In this document: piece after piece, positions 29,616 through 40,273 of the stretch
How the letters are laid out: every line of letters starts with the position of its first letter
Position numbering within the stretch: position 1 is the first letter of the stretch
IMG/VR virus record: IMGVR_UViG_3300042453_004296
Span: 6,015-70,014 of that record
DNA from: a virus
DNA length: 64,000 nt
Direction: 5' to 3' (one strand)
Notes under the pieces: model-generated
What the model saw: the letters and a program-made list of their open reading frames with translations, nothing else
Told to the model about the DNA's origin: nothing
Databases searched by the model: none
Position numbers and translations under genes: made by a program

Positions 29616-30584
29616 TTATACATTATTTACATATGATGTTGTTCTACTACCATTATACCTAATACCAGACCAGGCTCTTGAACTATAATTTGAATCTTGA
29701 ACATATGCTTTATCAGCAGTTCCAGATATGATAAGACCAAAGTTAACAGGTGTCACAGGATTTTGAGAGTAATCTACATCCATCCAAACATTTGAGTATT
29801 GGGGTGTTTCAGCATTATCTAATAATGGATTATAATCATTATAATCAAAATTAATTTGGTCTGGGTCAAAAATTACTAATGATGATGAACCATTAAATAC
29901 AGATGATTGGGTTATATTCCATGTAATGTTGGTTACAGTAGCGGCTGCTCCTAATCCCGTTGAAACTGTTGTTATAAATGTATCTGTTTCTAGTAATCCA
30001 TCTACAATAGTTGTAGAAGATCCTGATAATACTGAAGGGGAGATAGTTAAGCTAGCTATAGAGTATATGTAATCTGGGTTTGATGGTGGGGCAGATACTA
30101 GTGCGGATCCTATTATGTTTCTATTAGTTTGTATTATAATAAAAGTGCTGGTTAGGTTATTACTACTAGTAGCTGAGAGGGAAAAACTAAGTGGTATGTT
30201 TGGGGTGTTATCAAGTGTGTATGTAGAGGTTAGGTTGTTGAAATACCCTAATGGGTTAGTACTGGCTGTTAGTGATGCGGTTAATGGTACTAGTGTGCTT
30301 AGGGGGAAATTAAAACTAGATTGTGTGGCTATTAGTTTATAGTCATTAATATCTCCTATAGAAGATGTTGTTGGTTGTGGGTAAGTTAAACCAAATATAA
30401 AATAATCATTTTGAACTTGTGTTGTAGCAATATTATATTGTAATGTACCTACATCCCCATGATTAATACGGATTGAAGTCATTTGAGCCAAATAATCAGA
30501 TTTATCTGTGCCATTAGCATCAAATTTATTGATCTTTAAGTATTTTACACCATCATTATATATGGTTCCGTATCCTGTAGGCAT
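29616..30584 (-). CDS. Putative tail structural protein
   Basis: Ser/Thr-rich 322 aa protein in the tail cluster. Confidence 0.55.
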   Translation of the reverse strand: MPTGYGTIYNDGVKYLKINKFDANGTDKSDYLAQMTSIRINHGDVGTLQYNIATTQVQNDYFIFGLTYPQPTTSSIGDINDYKLIATQSSFNFPLSTLVPLTASLTASTNPLGYFNNLTSTYTLDNTPNIPLSFSLSATSSNNLTSTFIIIQTNRNIIGSALVSAPPSNPDYIYSIASLTISPSVLSGSSTTIVDGLLETDTFITTVSTGLGAAATVTNITWNITQSSVFNGSSSLVIFDPDQINFDYNDYNPLLDNAETPQYSNVWMDVDYSQNPVTPVNFGLIISGTADKAYVQDSNYSSRAWSGIRYNGSRTTSYVNNV

Positions 30585-30598
30585 ATGACTATTTTATT

Positions 30599-33500
30599 TT
30601 ATCCTTGTGTAAAAGCTGTAGGTACTCCTGGTGGGTTAATATTAAGGAAACTACCTGTATCAAACCATAAATATATCTCACCTTGGTTTGGTGAAGTATT
30701 GATATCTAAGAAATCAGATAATGGGGTTATGTTACTTACGTATAATGTAGGAGTATATGTGTTTTGTACAATAGAAGGTAATTTAAAATCATTAGCACTA
30801 TTTAATTCACCATTTGTTACTACAAACTCTGTACCTGGTAATTCACCGTTATAGAATTCATCTTGTGAAGAATGGGATATATAAGATACACCAATTGAGC
30901 TAGTATAATCTTGTACCCAATCTTGAGCAAATGTTGTAGTGTTATATTGATTAAATGTTCCTCCAGTGCTACCACTTATAAAAGCAGTATTGATAGAACC
31001 AGTATATACTAAATCTTCTCCATAATTAAATGAACTACTTAAGCCTAGACTTGAAGAGTAAACATTTAAGTTTTGATATTGAGTATCATAGACTTGTGGT
31101 TGAGGATACTTATTTCTTTCTAATAAATGTTGTTTAATAACTACACCTGATGTTAGACTTGTTCTTGCAGGAACAAAATCTTTAATCATTTTAAATAATG
31201 AATTATCAAAATATTTAATTAATCTTACATAGTCTGTTAAATCATAAGTATCAAAATATTTTTGGAAGAAATTATTACTTAAAACATTTAAGTCTGGGTA
31301 TGAAGTAGCAGATGATGATACTTGTCTTGGGTCACCAATATATTCTCCTATATTAAAATATCCTAATGATTCAATAACATCATCATTAATTTCATTTTGA
31401 GGTGAAAAAGCAACTTCTAATAAGTTAACATCAGGTGATTCACTACCTAATGAAGGATATGATTGTTCTATAGAAATATATTGTGATATAACACTTCCTG
31501 TAGGTAAACTAGAAGATACAATTTGTATTTTATCTGTTACTCTACCTTTTAGGCCTACTACAGGTGAATTTAAGAATCTTGGTCCTACATTAGTTACATA
31601 CCAAGGATTATTACCTATGTTTATAACAGTATTGTTAGGTCCCCATATGCTGCTACTAAATGATTGAGTTGTAGGCCAAGAACCTGTTACTTTAGGGTGA
31701 ACTGAAGTAAGTCCTGGGCTTCCAGGTATAAGAGAGGATGTAGTAGTTATTAAATCTGCTCCTAATGGTAATCTATGAGCTAAATAATTAGCATAGTCTA
31801 TTTCATTGCTGTAGTCTATAGATTGGGGGTTCATTATAAAATCCTTAAACGAATCCACACTTCCTGTTCTAGCCCAAAATCTTAATTCTTGATATGAACC
31901 TGTAAATGGGGTAAAATTACGGCCACTTATATTAACAAAACTATCAGCATTTAAAGTAAAATAGCTACCGCTTGGCCAAGCTAAACTACTTGTAGTTATA
32001 GATGAAGAAGCTAAATATCCTATTTGATTTCCATCATATCCATCATAATATAAGCTATTACCAGCGTATAAAGTATAAGTACTGCCTGATCTATTAACCA
32101 TTACTGACCACCATCCTTCATTAAAAAATGGTAAATAAACACTAGCTGTAGCGTTAGGGAAGGAAGTATTAGGGTAAAAATCTAGTTTAGCAAATTGGTA
32201 AGAAGCAGAAGGAGTTGACCCACTATATGAGGCACTGGTGTATCCAGAACCAGTGTATAATAAAGTTAATCCTGCTTGTATTATGTTTCCACTTCCAGAT
32301 GTTATCAAAAATATACTTTGAGAGTGATAGGTGTTAGTTAAGCCAGCAGTTTTAAATCGCAATTGAATACTTTCAGGGCGATTATTATTAGCACTCCAAC
32401 TTGGGTGGAGAATGAATGTATTTTCTAACCAGTTAACCCCAATATTATTATCATAAAATGAATCAAAAGCATAATTAAATTGTTGATCAAAGTAATCATA
32501 AGTAGAAGTATCTTTATCTCTACCTCCAAACTCACTAATTCTTAAAACAGTATCAGGTACACCAAAACAATTTATTAATGCACGTAAACCAGGTATAGTA
32601 CCTTTAGTTTTAGCTAAATAAGGTAAGTTATGGTAAATACGTTTATATATTTCCTTATTGTAATCATCTATTGGAGTAACAGATGCTTCGTATGAAGCCG
32701 TTACATATTCTGTAATTAAATCTGATCCTGTCGGGGTTAGGTTGATACCAGTGCTTCCTGTGTTAAATCCAGTGAATGCATTAAATAAATCACCAGATGT
32801 AAAGTTGTTTTGGTATATCTTTACACCAAATGATTTCAATGCTTCAGCTACTAAATCTTTAGAAATACCAAAATCTAATCTATTATCTGCGTTGTAACGG
32901 TTGGTTACATCTTTATAGTAAGTCCAAATACTATCATAGTGTTGTCCTACTAATTCAACAAATAAATAATATGGAGCATTTCTTTCATCATCTCTGAGAT
33001 ATTCAGGGATAGCATAATATAAGTAATCTTGGTTATTTTCATCATATAATGATGCACTTAATAATCTTCCCCCATAGTATGTGTCTCCATATGTAGCGCT
33101 ACCAAACCATGTTAATGCTTGGGTACTACCAGTTGAATATAAAGTGTAAGGTACAGTATTGTTAGATTTAGGCCAAGTGTATGAACCTGATTCATAATAC
33201 ATGTAATACTCATATCCATCAAAATTTTTAATTATACTCTTTATTTTATCTTGTATAATGATTGAGCTACTAAGAGATGAAGTAACATTAGTAATAGCAT
33301 TTAATTCATTATTATAGTCTTCTATTTGTTTTACTTTATAATAAAAATTTGATAGTCGTTGATATGCAGATGAAAAATGGATAAAATCTGAGAAGTTAGT
33401 GTAATCAATACTTATTTCAATACTTTTTTCAGCTAAAAAGCTTTCTATTTGGTTAATAGAAGAAGTAAGAGTATTTGATAATAACGTACTATAATTTACA

Positions 33501-34246
33501 TAATCAGTAGTGTTATTAACTTTATCAGGTAATGATATATTAAAATTGGGACCTTGTAAATCAAAAGTAACTACAGATGGTAATACAGATTCTGGGGTTA
33601 AGGATATGGCAAATACTAAAGAATCTGCTATTTTAGTAACTATCCATAGTGAGGTGTTAATTACTATGTTAGTAGATAATGGGGTTGCTAAATTAACTAT
33701 AACCTCATATGTATTTGGGTCATAGTCAAAATTATTAGCTACTACTAAATTATCATTGCCAAAGTTTAAGTAAAATTCATTGATGTAAATAGAATTATCA
33801 TTATTAATCTCAGACTTAAATATTTCTAATTCATTCGTTAATGTAATAGGGAAAGATAAAAAATCTAATTTTAATTCTGTTCTATCAGCCGATATACTTT
33901 TTATTATAAGGTTTTGGTTAGTAGGAGATGTTTGAAGTTGATTCCTATAAAAATTATAATATGTTTCAAAATCACCATTATTATAACCTTTTCTATTTAT
34001 ATCACCTATTGGATCAATATCAATATCTGAGATATTATTAGATACAACAGTTCCATTGGTTGGAAAAGCATAGTTATTGTAGTTATATTCTACATTTTTA
34101 AATAATTTATTAGGTGTAGTTATAACATATTCTATGTAATCAATAGAAGGATTAAACGTTGTTCCTATCTGGGTTGATTGGATTAGGCTAATGTCTCTAG
34201 ATGGGTACAGAGATTGGGGTGATATTTGGGATATGTTTATAGCCAT
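30599..34246 (-). CDS. Large baseplate wedge-like structural protein
   Basis: 1215 aa; KTKGTIPGLRALINCFG resembles the P2 gpI/T4 gp7-type wedge motif; central LamG-like beta region. Confidence 0.65.
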   Translation of the reverse strand: MAINISQISPQSLYPSRDISLIQSTQIGTTFNPSIDYIEYVITTPNKLFKNVEYNYNNYAFPTNGTVVSNNISDIDIDPIGDINRKGYNNGDFETYYNFYRNQLQTSPTNQNLIIKSISADRTELKLDFLSFPITLTNELEIFKSEINNDNSIYINEFYLNFGNDNLVVANNFDYDPNTYEVIVNLATPLSTNIVINTSLWIVTKIADSLVFAISLTPESVLPSVVTFDLQGPNFNISLPDKVNNTTDYVNYSTLLSNTLTSSINQIESFLAEKSIEISIDYTNFSDFIHFSSAYQRLSNFYYKVKQIEDYNNELNAITNVTSSLSSSIIIQDKIKSIIKNFDGYEYYMYYESGSYTWPKSNNTVPYTLYSTGSTQALTWFGSATYGDTYYGGRLLSASLYDENNQDYLYYAIPEYLRDDERNAPYYLFVELVGQHYDSIWTYYKDVTNRYNADNRLDFGISKDLVAEALKSFGVKIYQNNFTSGDLFNAFTGFNTGSTGINLTPTGSDLITEYVTASYEASVTPIDDYNKEIYKRIYHNLPYLAKTKGTIPGLRALINCFGVPDTVLRISEFGGRDKDTSTYDYFDQQFNYAFDSFYDNNIGVNWLENTFILHPSWSANNNRPESIQLRFKTAGLTNTYHSQSIFLITSGSGNIIQAGLTLLYTGSGYTSASYSGSTPSASYQFAKLDFYPNTSFPNATASVYLPFFNEGWWSVMVNRSGSTYTLYAGNSLYYDGYDGNQIGYLASSSITTSSLAWPSGSYFTLNADSFVNISGRNFTPFTGSYQELRFWARTGSVDSFKDFIMNPQSIDYSNEIDYANYLAHRLPLGADLITTTSSLIPGSPGLTSVHPKVTGSWPTTQSFSSSIWGPNNTVINIGNNPWYVTNVGPRFLNSPVVGLKGRVTDKIQIVSSSLPTGSVISQYISIEQSYPSLGSESPDVNLLEVAFSPQNEINDDVIESLGYFNIGEYIGDPRQVSSSATSYPDLNVLSNNFFQKYFDTYDLTDYVRLIKYFDNSLFKMIKDFVPARTSLTSGVVIKQHLLERNKYPQPQVYDTQYQNLNVYSSSLGLSSSFNYGEDLVYTGSINTAFISGSTGGTFNQYNTTTFAQDWVQDYTSSIGVSYISHSSQDEFYNGELPGTEFVVTNGELNSANDFKLPSIVQNTYTPTLYVSNITPLSDFLDINTSPNQGEIYLWFDTGSFLNINPPGVPTAFTQG

Positions 34247-34596
34247 TATAGTATATTTAAGCTAGATGATAACTGTGTGTTGGTTAATCTCTGTTGGGTA
34301 TCTAGTAGTTGTTGTCTTAAAGATGTTATCTCATCTAATAATAATTGGGTTTCTTCATTTGGGGCGGATGCATTAATATATTCTCCACTACTTTTTACTA
34401 AATATTCATGTGAATTAATGTTTCCGTTTGTTGGGATATCATAGAATATTTTGTCATAATAAGTAAAAAATTCTTCAACAGTTATAGTATCTTCTACCGG
34501 AGGTGCCGGTGGAGTAAATTGATTAAATGAAGTGTCAATAACTTTTTTATATTGAACACTATCATAAACTGTTTTATTTAGAGTATAATTAGCCAT
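34246..34596 (-). CDS. Hypothetical structural protein
   Basis: 116 aa with a C-terminal coiled coil, translationally coupled to neighbours. Confidence 0.7.
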   Translation of the reverse strand: MANYTLNKTVYDSVQYKKVIDTSFNQFTPPAPPVEDTITVEEFFTYYDKIFYDIPTNGNINSHEYLVKSSGEYINASAPNEETQLLLDEITSLRQQLLDTQQRLTNTQLSSSLNIL

Positions 34597-35704
34597 TTAT
34601 GACTTTAAAATTAAAATTATCATTAAAGACAATAGTGCTACCATCAATGGTAGTTTTAACCAATATAGTATAATATCGTTCAGGCTCCAAGCCGTTCATG
34701 TAAAGATCAAAATAACTTCCACTTGGATCTACACTTAATTTAGTAAATTGAGTATCAAAATCAATTACATATTCATTGGTGTCTAAATCTTTAATAGCAT
34801 AATATGATGCTGTTGGTAAGTAATAATTTTGAGTAAAATATGAAGCTGTAGCGAATACTCTATTGGGGTACTCAGGTCTGCTATTTACTCTAAATCTATT
34901 CACACTATCAGGATAAAAATTTCCAGGGTTATTATCTATAGCTATTGTTGCTGGTAGTATGTTTATTTCGGTTAGAGATCCAGTGTTAAATGAAAAATCA
35001 TTCCATTTAAATTCTAACTGTGGTGGATAAATAGTATGGGTATCTCTTGAAAAATACTCCATAGTATTATTATACTGTAAATCATCTATAAATTCTACGG
35101 CTTGTTTAATGATAAACCCATTATTAGATATAGATCCACTTAACCATGCTTTTACAATATTAGTAACATCGGCGTTAATATCTTTATCATCATAAAATGA
35201 AAATGATTGTGTAATGTAAATAGGTAAAACCGTAGCATTAGATGATCCAGTGTACCAAGTACCTCCCCCAGAGGTTGAACTATACGAGGCCGTAACAAAT
35301 GATGAGAAACCTGATGTAGGCCAATTTCCACTGCCTGATGATGATCTAGAGTACCAGTTTACGCCATTAGTGTATTCGGGGGAATAGGTGTATTTTCCGG
35401 TACCCATATTCCATGAGCCCGATATAGGGTATATTTCTAGAGTTGTAGTTGAGTTTAATCCATTAATAACAGAAGCGTACATTTTTAAAGACGCACTCCA
35501 TATGGCATTATTAATTTTATTAGTGATAATATCTGATATCTCAGTATCTGAGAATTGGATTAGTATTCTGCTGGTTTGGGTATTGCCGCTGTCTTGGGAA
35601 TCTTCAATACTTACAGATAATATCTCATCCAATCCAGTGTTTTTATTTGGGTACCTAGAGTAGATGGTTGCATCTTTTGAAGGGAATATTTTGTATACTG
35701 CCAT
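34589..35704 (-). CDS. DNRLRE-like beta-domain structural protein
   Basis: KDATIYS..N.G, RILIQF, DVTNIVKAW..NNGFIIK and SRD..PPQL pattern. Confidence 0.6.
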   Translation of the reverse strand: MAVYKIFPSKDATIYSRYPNKNTGLDEILSVSIEDSQDSGNTQTSRILIQFSDTEISDIITNKINNAIWSASLKMYASVINGLNSTTTLEIYPISGSWNMGTGKYTYSPEYTNGVNWYSRSSSGSGNWPTSGFSSFVTASYSSTSGGGTWYTGSSNATVLPIYITQSFSFYDDKDINADVTNIVKAWLSGSISNNGFIIKQAVEFIDDLQYNNTMEYFSRDTHTIYPPQLEFKWNDFSFNTGSLTEINILPATIAIDNNPGNFYPDSVNRFRVNSRPEYPNRVFATASYFTQNYYLPTASYYAIKDLDTNEYVIDFDTQFTKLSVDPSGSYFDLYMNGLEPERYYTILVKTTIDGSTIVFNDNFNFKVING

Positions 35705-35723
35705 TTGTTATAAATATAATTTA

Positions 35724-37574
35724 TTAAAAAGATACAACTTTACCTTTAATATCTACATCAGGATATTTTACTTCAAATATCATTGGGTCTAAAGATGGAT
35801 AAATAACATTATTTTGAGTAGCACCTATGATATCATATGAGTATTGAGAATATCCTAAAACCTCTCCACTTTTATTAGTTATAGACACATTTTTAACGGT
35901 TTGAACACCTGCTACTTTATCTAAAAGTAAATATATATCTTTTAAAATAATAGGCTCATTAATTTGCCAATTATTTATGTTAAAATATTCTTTCAATCCA
36001 GTAATGCAATTAAATATAACCTCATTGCTATTATATTGAGGATATACAATTACCTCAAAATCTACACCTATGTTAATAATAAAAGCATCTTTGATTTTAA
36101 TAGAATCATTTATTACTCGATTCTGTGATAAATAAGTAGATAAGTTTTGTTTTAGTGCTGGGGATGCTTGGGTTAAATTACCGTTTATATTGTATGATAA
36201 AACAAATAGGTCTAATATAGATGGAGTTTCGCCTGGTAGTAGTGATGCTATCTTTTGTGATTCTATGTATGCTTTAGATATAGTACCATAATCTGAGGGC
36301 ATACTTAATGCTCGTACTAAATAGTCATCTAACGTTACACTTCTTTGCTGGGTTGTAAAACTAGCCAAAGAATTAAGTCTAATTTGTTCAACTGTATCCC
36401 CAGGGCTACCACCATTAGCTGAGTTAGCGTTGTTGGTGGATACTGAGTTAAATACGTACTGGGCTAGTGTAGGGTCTAGTCCATTATTTAGTTTTATGTT
36501 TTCTTTAGTTGTAATAACATTTAATACGTTTGATCCTACATTTGATGTTAATCCTCCTCCTGTTAGGTATCTTACAGTTAAGGTAATATTATTTGGAGCA
36601 ATACCATAAGTATCAGTATATAAAAAATTTACAGGAGAATAAGCAGTTGTTAGTTTTGATCTTTTATAGGGTAAACCTAAACCTACATTATCAGGGTTAG
36701 GGGTAATTTCTTCATCAATATTAGCAGTGTTAGTTCCGGCTCCAAATTGTATTTGTAATGTAGTAGGTGTTATAAAACGAGTTACAAATCTACGAGGTAC
36801 TTTTTTAAGTTGGAGTAAAAATGGAGTATTACCTTGGTCAGCTGAGAAATTAGGGTTATTTATATTAGTGTTTTTAATAGTGTCATAGATCATCTCTTGA
36901 GCAAGATATGGTACTTCATACCACTTATTACCATCACTATCTGTAATGTCTAATATTCCTATTATATTTCCTTGTTCAATTTCTACAGTTGGGTATTTTT
37001 GTACAGGTCCAAATGAGAATGTAGCTGTTTTTATTTCAGCAGATATTGCTTTCCTAGTTTTTTTCAATAAGAAATAATCAACATCTGTTCCGGTCGTTTG
37101 GTATATGGTTACAGTTGTTGGGTCTTGTGAACTTGAAAATGCAAAATCAATTGGATCTTGAATTAAGAATGGAGTGCTGTTTGATAAGTTACTGTTTACA
37201 ACAGTATTTTCTGCTATTTGGGTAGCATAAATATAATCAGGTTGTGAATTAATTGCCGGAACTTGTTGATATATATCAATATCTACTGTAGCTACTCCTG
37301 TAACTTTAGGGCGATATCCTAACATATATGCTAAAGTATATATGTTATCTTGTTGGCGAGCGTATTGTATAAAGTTTTCTTGTATTTGATTATCAAGATA
37401 AAACGATAAAACATCTCCTACATACGCAGACATTTCTAAGAACATATTTCCCGGTGACGATGGGGTAAAATCCGAGTATGTTGATGGAAAGTATGTTTTG
37501 GCAAATTCAGTTAATGAGTATTTGTATTCGCCAAAGTCCTTATTTATATAATTTATATTTATATTTTCTGCCAT
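35724..37574 (-). CDS. Baseplate wedge subunit, T4 gp6-like
   Basis: DF..SSPG.MFLE..AYVGDVLSFYLD, LGYRP, QFGAG, GG...E.IR and RSVTLDDY motifs. Confidence 0.88.
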   Translation of the reverse strand: MAENININYINKDFGEYKYSLTEFAKTYFPSTYSDFTPSSPGNMFLEMSAYVGDVLSFYLDNQIQENFIQYARQQDNIYTLAYMLGYRPKVTGVATVDIDIYQQVPAINSQPDYIYATQIAENTVVNSNLSNSTPFLIQDPIDFAFSSSQDPTTVTIYQTTGTDVDYFLLKKTRKAISAEIKTATFSFGPVQKYPTVEIEQGNIIGILDITDSDGNKWYEVPYLAQEMIYDTIKNTNINNPNFSADQGNTPFLLQLKKVPRRFVTRFITPTTLQIQFGAGTNTANIDEEITPNPDNVGLGLPYKRSKLTTAYSPVNFLYTDTYGIAPNNITLTVRYLTGGGLTSNVGSNVLNVITTKENIKLNNGLDPTLAQYVFNSVSTNNANSANGGSPGDTVEQIRLNSLASFTTQQRSVTLDDYLVRALSMPSDYGTISKAYIESQKIASLLPGETPSILDLFVLSYNINGNLTQASPALKQNLSTYLSQNRVINDSIKIKDAFIINIGVDFEVIVYPQYNSNEVIFNCITGLKEYFNINNWQINEPIILKDIYLLLDKVAGVQTVKNVSITNKSGEVLGYSQYSYDIIGATQNNVIYPSLDPMIFEVKYPDVDIKGKVVSF

Positions 37575-37575
37575 G

Positions 37576-38067
37576 TTATATATTTAATATTATCTGGTTG
37601 TTAGGCCCGTTCATAAATGAGTAGGTTAAAACTATGTTGATAGAGTTAATATCATAGTTTGGGGTAATTACTAGACTTTGTATGTTTAGTTGGGGGAAAT
37701 TACTTTGTATTTCTTGTTGTAGTGTTGTTTGTAATGTTGATATATTCATATCAGCATAAGCTGTGGATATCCCATTAGCATTATTTGTAGTTGAATACAC
37801 ATTAGGGTTAGGGATATCTCCTTCTATCATGTTTTGAAAAACATATCTTCTTAGATTACTACCATAATTGGGGTTTAAATATCTTTCACCCTTATTAGTC
37901 AACATAAAATTAATTAAATTAGAACGAATTTGTTCTGTAGAGGTGTATGTTGATGGGAATACAGCATCTGATCCGCTTATTGTTGAGCCAACAAACGGGA
38001 TACTTACTCCTATTGCTACTTGATAATCAAGATTTAAAGGGTCAATATTTTCTACTCTATATGCCAT
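37576..38067 (-). CDS. Baseplate protein, gp25-like
   Basis: QIRSNLINFMLTNKGERYLNPNYGSNL. Confidence 0.88.
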   Translation of the reverse strand: MAYRVENIDPLNLDYQVAIGVSIPFVGSTISGSDAVFPSTYTSTEQIRSNLINFMLTNKGERYLNPNYGSNLRRYVFQNMIEGDIPNPNVYSTTNNANGISTAYADMNISTLQTTLQQEIQSNFPQLNIQSLVITPNYDINSINIVLTYSFMNGPNNQIILNI

Positions 38068-38429
38068 TATTTAGCGTTCATTAATCCCATTATTTGATCT
38101 AAGCCTACTTCGCCACCAGGTAAACTTGATCCTTCACTCATTGTACTAACCGGAGGAGGAGTATAAGCAGGTTGAGCGTGTGATGAATTGGCAGTTATTA
38201 CCGCATCAAATTCACCCCCGATCATGTTTTTTAGATTGCGTCTAAGATCATGATTCACTGTGGTTCCGTTTGGTTGAATTGATACGGGTTGGGGAGGAAC
38301 AGGGATGTAGTTTTCTTGTACTACTGTTTTAGGTGATTTAACTGCTTCAAGTAGAATATCTTTTAATTCTTCTTGAATTGCTTCACGTACTGCTTCTTTA
38401 ATTAATTTTTTTAGTCCGTCGATTTTCAT
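38067..38429 (-). CDS. Hypothetical protein with leader motif
   Basis: MKIDGLKKLIKEAVREAIQEE; late motif at 38435-38443. Confidence 0.75.
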   Translation of the reverse strand: MKIDGLKKLIKEAVREAIQEELKDILLEAVKSPKTVVQENYIPVPPQPVSIQPNGTTVNHDLRRNLKNMIGGEFDAVITANSSHAQPAYTPPPVSTMSEGSSLPGGEVGLDQIMGLMNAK

Positions 38430-38447
38430 ATGTTTATAAATATTTGA

Positions 38448-39845
38448 TTATTCAGCTGTTATGCTAGGGTTTGAATCTATTATGAATTTTAATTGGTTTA
38501 TTAATACTGCTGGGTCGGATGCAAAAGATGATTCTGTCTTTAATATATCTACACCTTGTTTGTTTTGTGCTACAGCATATCGTCTAATGTATTTACTTTC
38601 GTTTTTTTCGTCAATTTTTACACCTAAGGTAAATCCTTTATAAGTATTAGTATTACTATTTTGTGTGGCTGCTACTGTTGGGTTAGCCAAAGCATTAATT
38701 TCATCATTTATAGCTTCAAAATCCATGTTTTGATCTTCAGCGCAAAATTGTAATATTATATCTAGTATACTTAAAAATTTTAAAATTGTTCCTAATAGTA
38801 TACTAAATGAACCAACTGTTATGGTTATAGCTCCAATATTTTTATTTATAACTTTAAGTTCATTTTCTAATTTAGATACATAAGAGGCTATGGTAGTTTG
38901 GATCCCTGAGGTTAGAGGGGGTAAGGTTGGGGGAATACCTGTAGCAGGGTATGGGTTAGATTTGGCTAGTTGTATTCCCAACTGTAATGTTGTTGTTACA
39001 GCAGTTGTTATACCTAATATTGTTGTTAGTGTGGATGTAGTTTTATAAATACCATTTATTTGATTGACTATAGCATTACGTTGTTTAATAATAGATTGTA
39101 TTTTAGCTGATGATGGGCAATCTATTAGGTTAGCTAGTTGATCTACTGGTATTAGTGCTAGTAAAGAAGGAGCGGCTCCTTTGGCTAGTGATTGTAATTT
39201 TTCTTTGTCTTTAGCTGTGTCTTTAGCTGAGTTAGCTGTATCTCTAGCTGAGTCAATTTTAGCTTGGGCTTCATCTTTTTTAGCTTGAGCATTTGCTTTT
39301 ATAGAATCAACTGATGAATCACCACTTATTCCTAATTGGGAGACTGCTATAGGAATTATTTGTGGAGCCATAGGAGTGATTAATCCTATAACAAAAGGTA
39401 TTAATCTTTTTTTAATAGTTGATTTTTGGCTATTAATAAAATTAGTAAACCTAACTTCAGGTGGCAGGTCTGACTCTAATGCTTGGTTTAATGCTTCATT
39501 ATCCTGTTTTAATATCTCTTGATTAATCTTAGCATTATTTAAAGCTGTTAGGTCAGGGGCTTCAGACAGTGTTATTCTTGGTAACTCTGAGTTTTCAACA
39601 TTGTTTTCTCCTGATTGGTCTTGGGTACCTTCAGTAGTATATGGTAATGGCTCGCCATTATTAGGGTCAACTATGTTATTAGCTAGTAATATTTCTCTAG
39701 CGGCTGATTCTTCAGTGTTGGTCATTCTTGAAGGACCATTAATAACCTGTCCACTAGGAGTGGATAGTACAGCGTATAATTCAGGGCCACGTTTTTTAAA
39801 CGTGATAGTGCTTCCGTCACTAACTTTAAATATAGATGTACTCAT
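38448..39845 (-). CDS. Hypothetical structural protein with hydrophobic helices
   Basis: 465 aa; late motif at 39861-39868. Confidence 0.7.
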   Translation of the reverse strand: MSTSIFKVSDGSTITFKKRGPELYAVLSTPSGQVINGPSRMTNTEESAAREILLANNIVDPNNGEPLPYTTEGTQDQSGENNVENSELPRITLSEAPDLTALNNAKINQEILKQDNEALNQALESDLPPEVRFTNFINSQKSTIKKRLIPFVIGLITPMAPQIIPIAVSQLGISGDSSVDSIKANAQAKKDEAQAKIDSARDTANSAKDTAKDKEKLQSLAKGAAPSLLALIPVDQLANLIDCPSSAKIQSIIKQRNAIVNQINGIYKTTSTLTTILGITTAVTTTLQLGIQLAKSNPYPATGIPPTLPPLTSGIQTTIASYVSKLENELKVINKNIGAITITVGSFSILLGTILKFLSILDIILQFCAEDQNMDFEAINDEINALANPTVAATQNSNTNTYKGFTLGVKIDEKNESKYIRRYAVAQNKQGVDILKTESSFASDPAVLINQLKFIIDSNPSITAE

Positions 39846-39887
39846 ACTTGGTTATTTATAATAAATATGTAAGAAATGTGGGGTTTT

Positions 39888-39920
39888 GTTTGGTTTTGTA
39901 AGATTAGTGTCGTACATTTA
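39888..39920 (+). promoter_or_regulatory. Early host-type promoter for the + strand lipoprotein gene
   Basis: TTTGG-N15-GTCGTACATTTA, the same motif found on the minus strand in the early region. Confidence 0.8.
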
Positions 39921-39937
39921 TATTATAAATAAAGGTT

Positions 39938-40267
39938 ATGAAAAAATTATCAATCACTAGTTTATTATTTTGTTTACTATTATCATGTAAATCACAAGTT
40001 AAAAGTTGTGAGCAATCATTAGTAAATTGGAAAAATTATGAAGATACAATTCAAATTGAATTTGTAGGTATTGATTCATCAATTTTTAAAGGTAAAGATT
40101 ATCACTATGTAGCCGATTCATTATTTTGGAATCACAATGGTATTTACCATCGTTATGATATTAAGAATATTGAAACAGGCAAAATTCATAGAATTATTTT
40201 TGAAAGACAAAAATATAATAATGGGGTAAGACCATTTAATATTCTATTATTTGAAAGAGTAGGTTAG
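39938..40267 (+). CDS. Lipoprotein (only credible + strand gene)
   Basis: Lipoprotein signal MKKLSITSLLFCLLLS-C; has its own promoter and fills an otherwise empty gap. Confidence 0.85.
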   Translation: MKKLSITSLLFCLLLSCKSQVKSCEQSLVNWKNYEDTIQIEFVGIDSSIFKGKDYHYVADSLFWNHNGIYHRYDIKNIETGKIHRIIFERQKYNNGVRPFNILLFERVG

Positions 40268-40273
40268 CAATTC

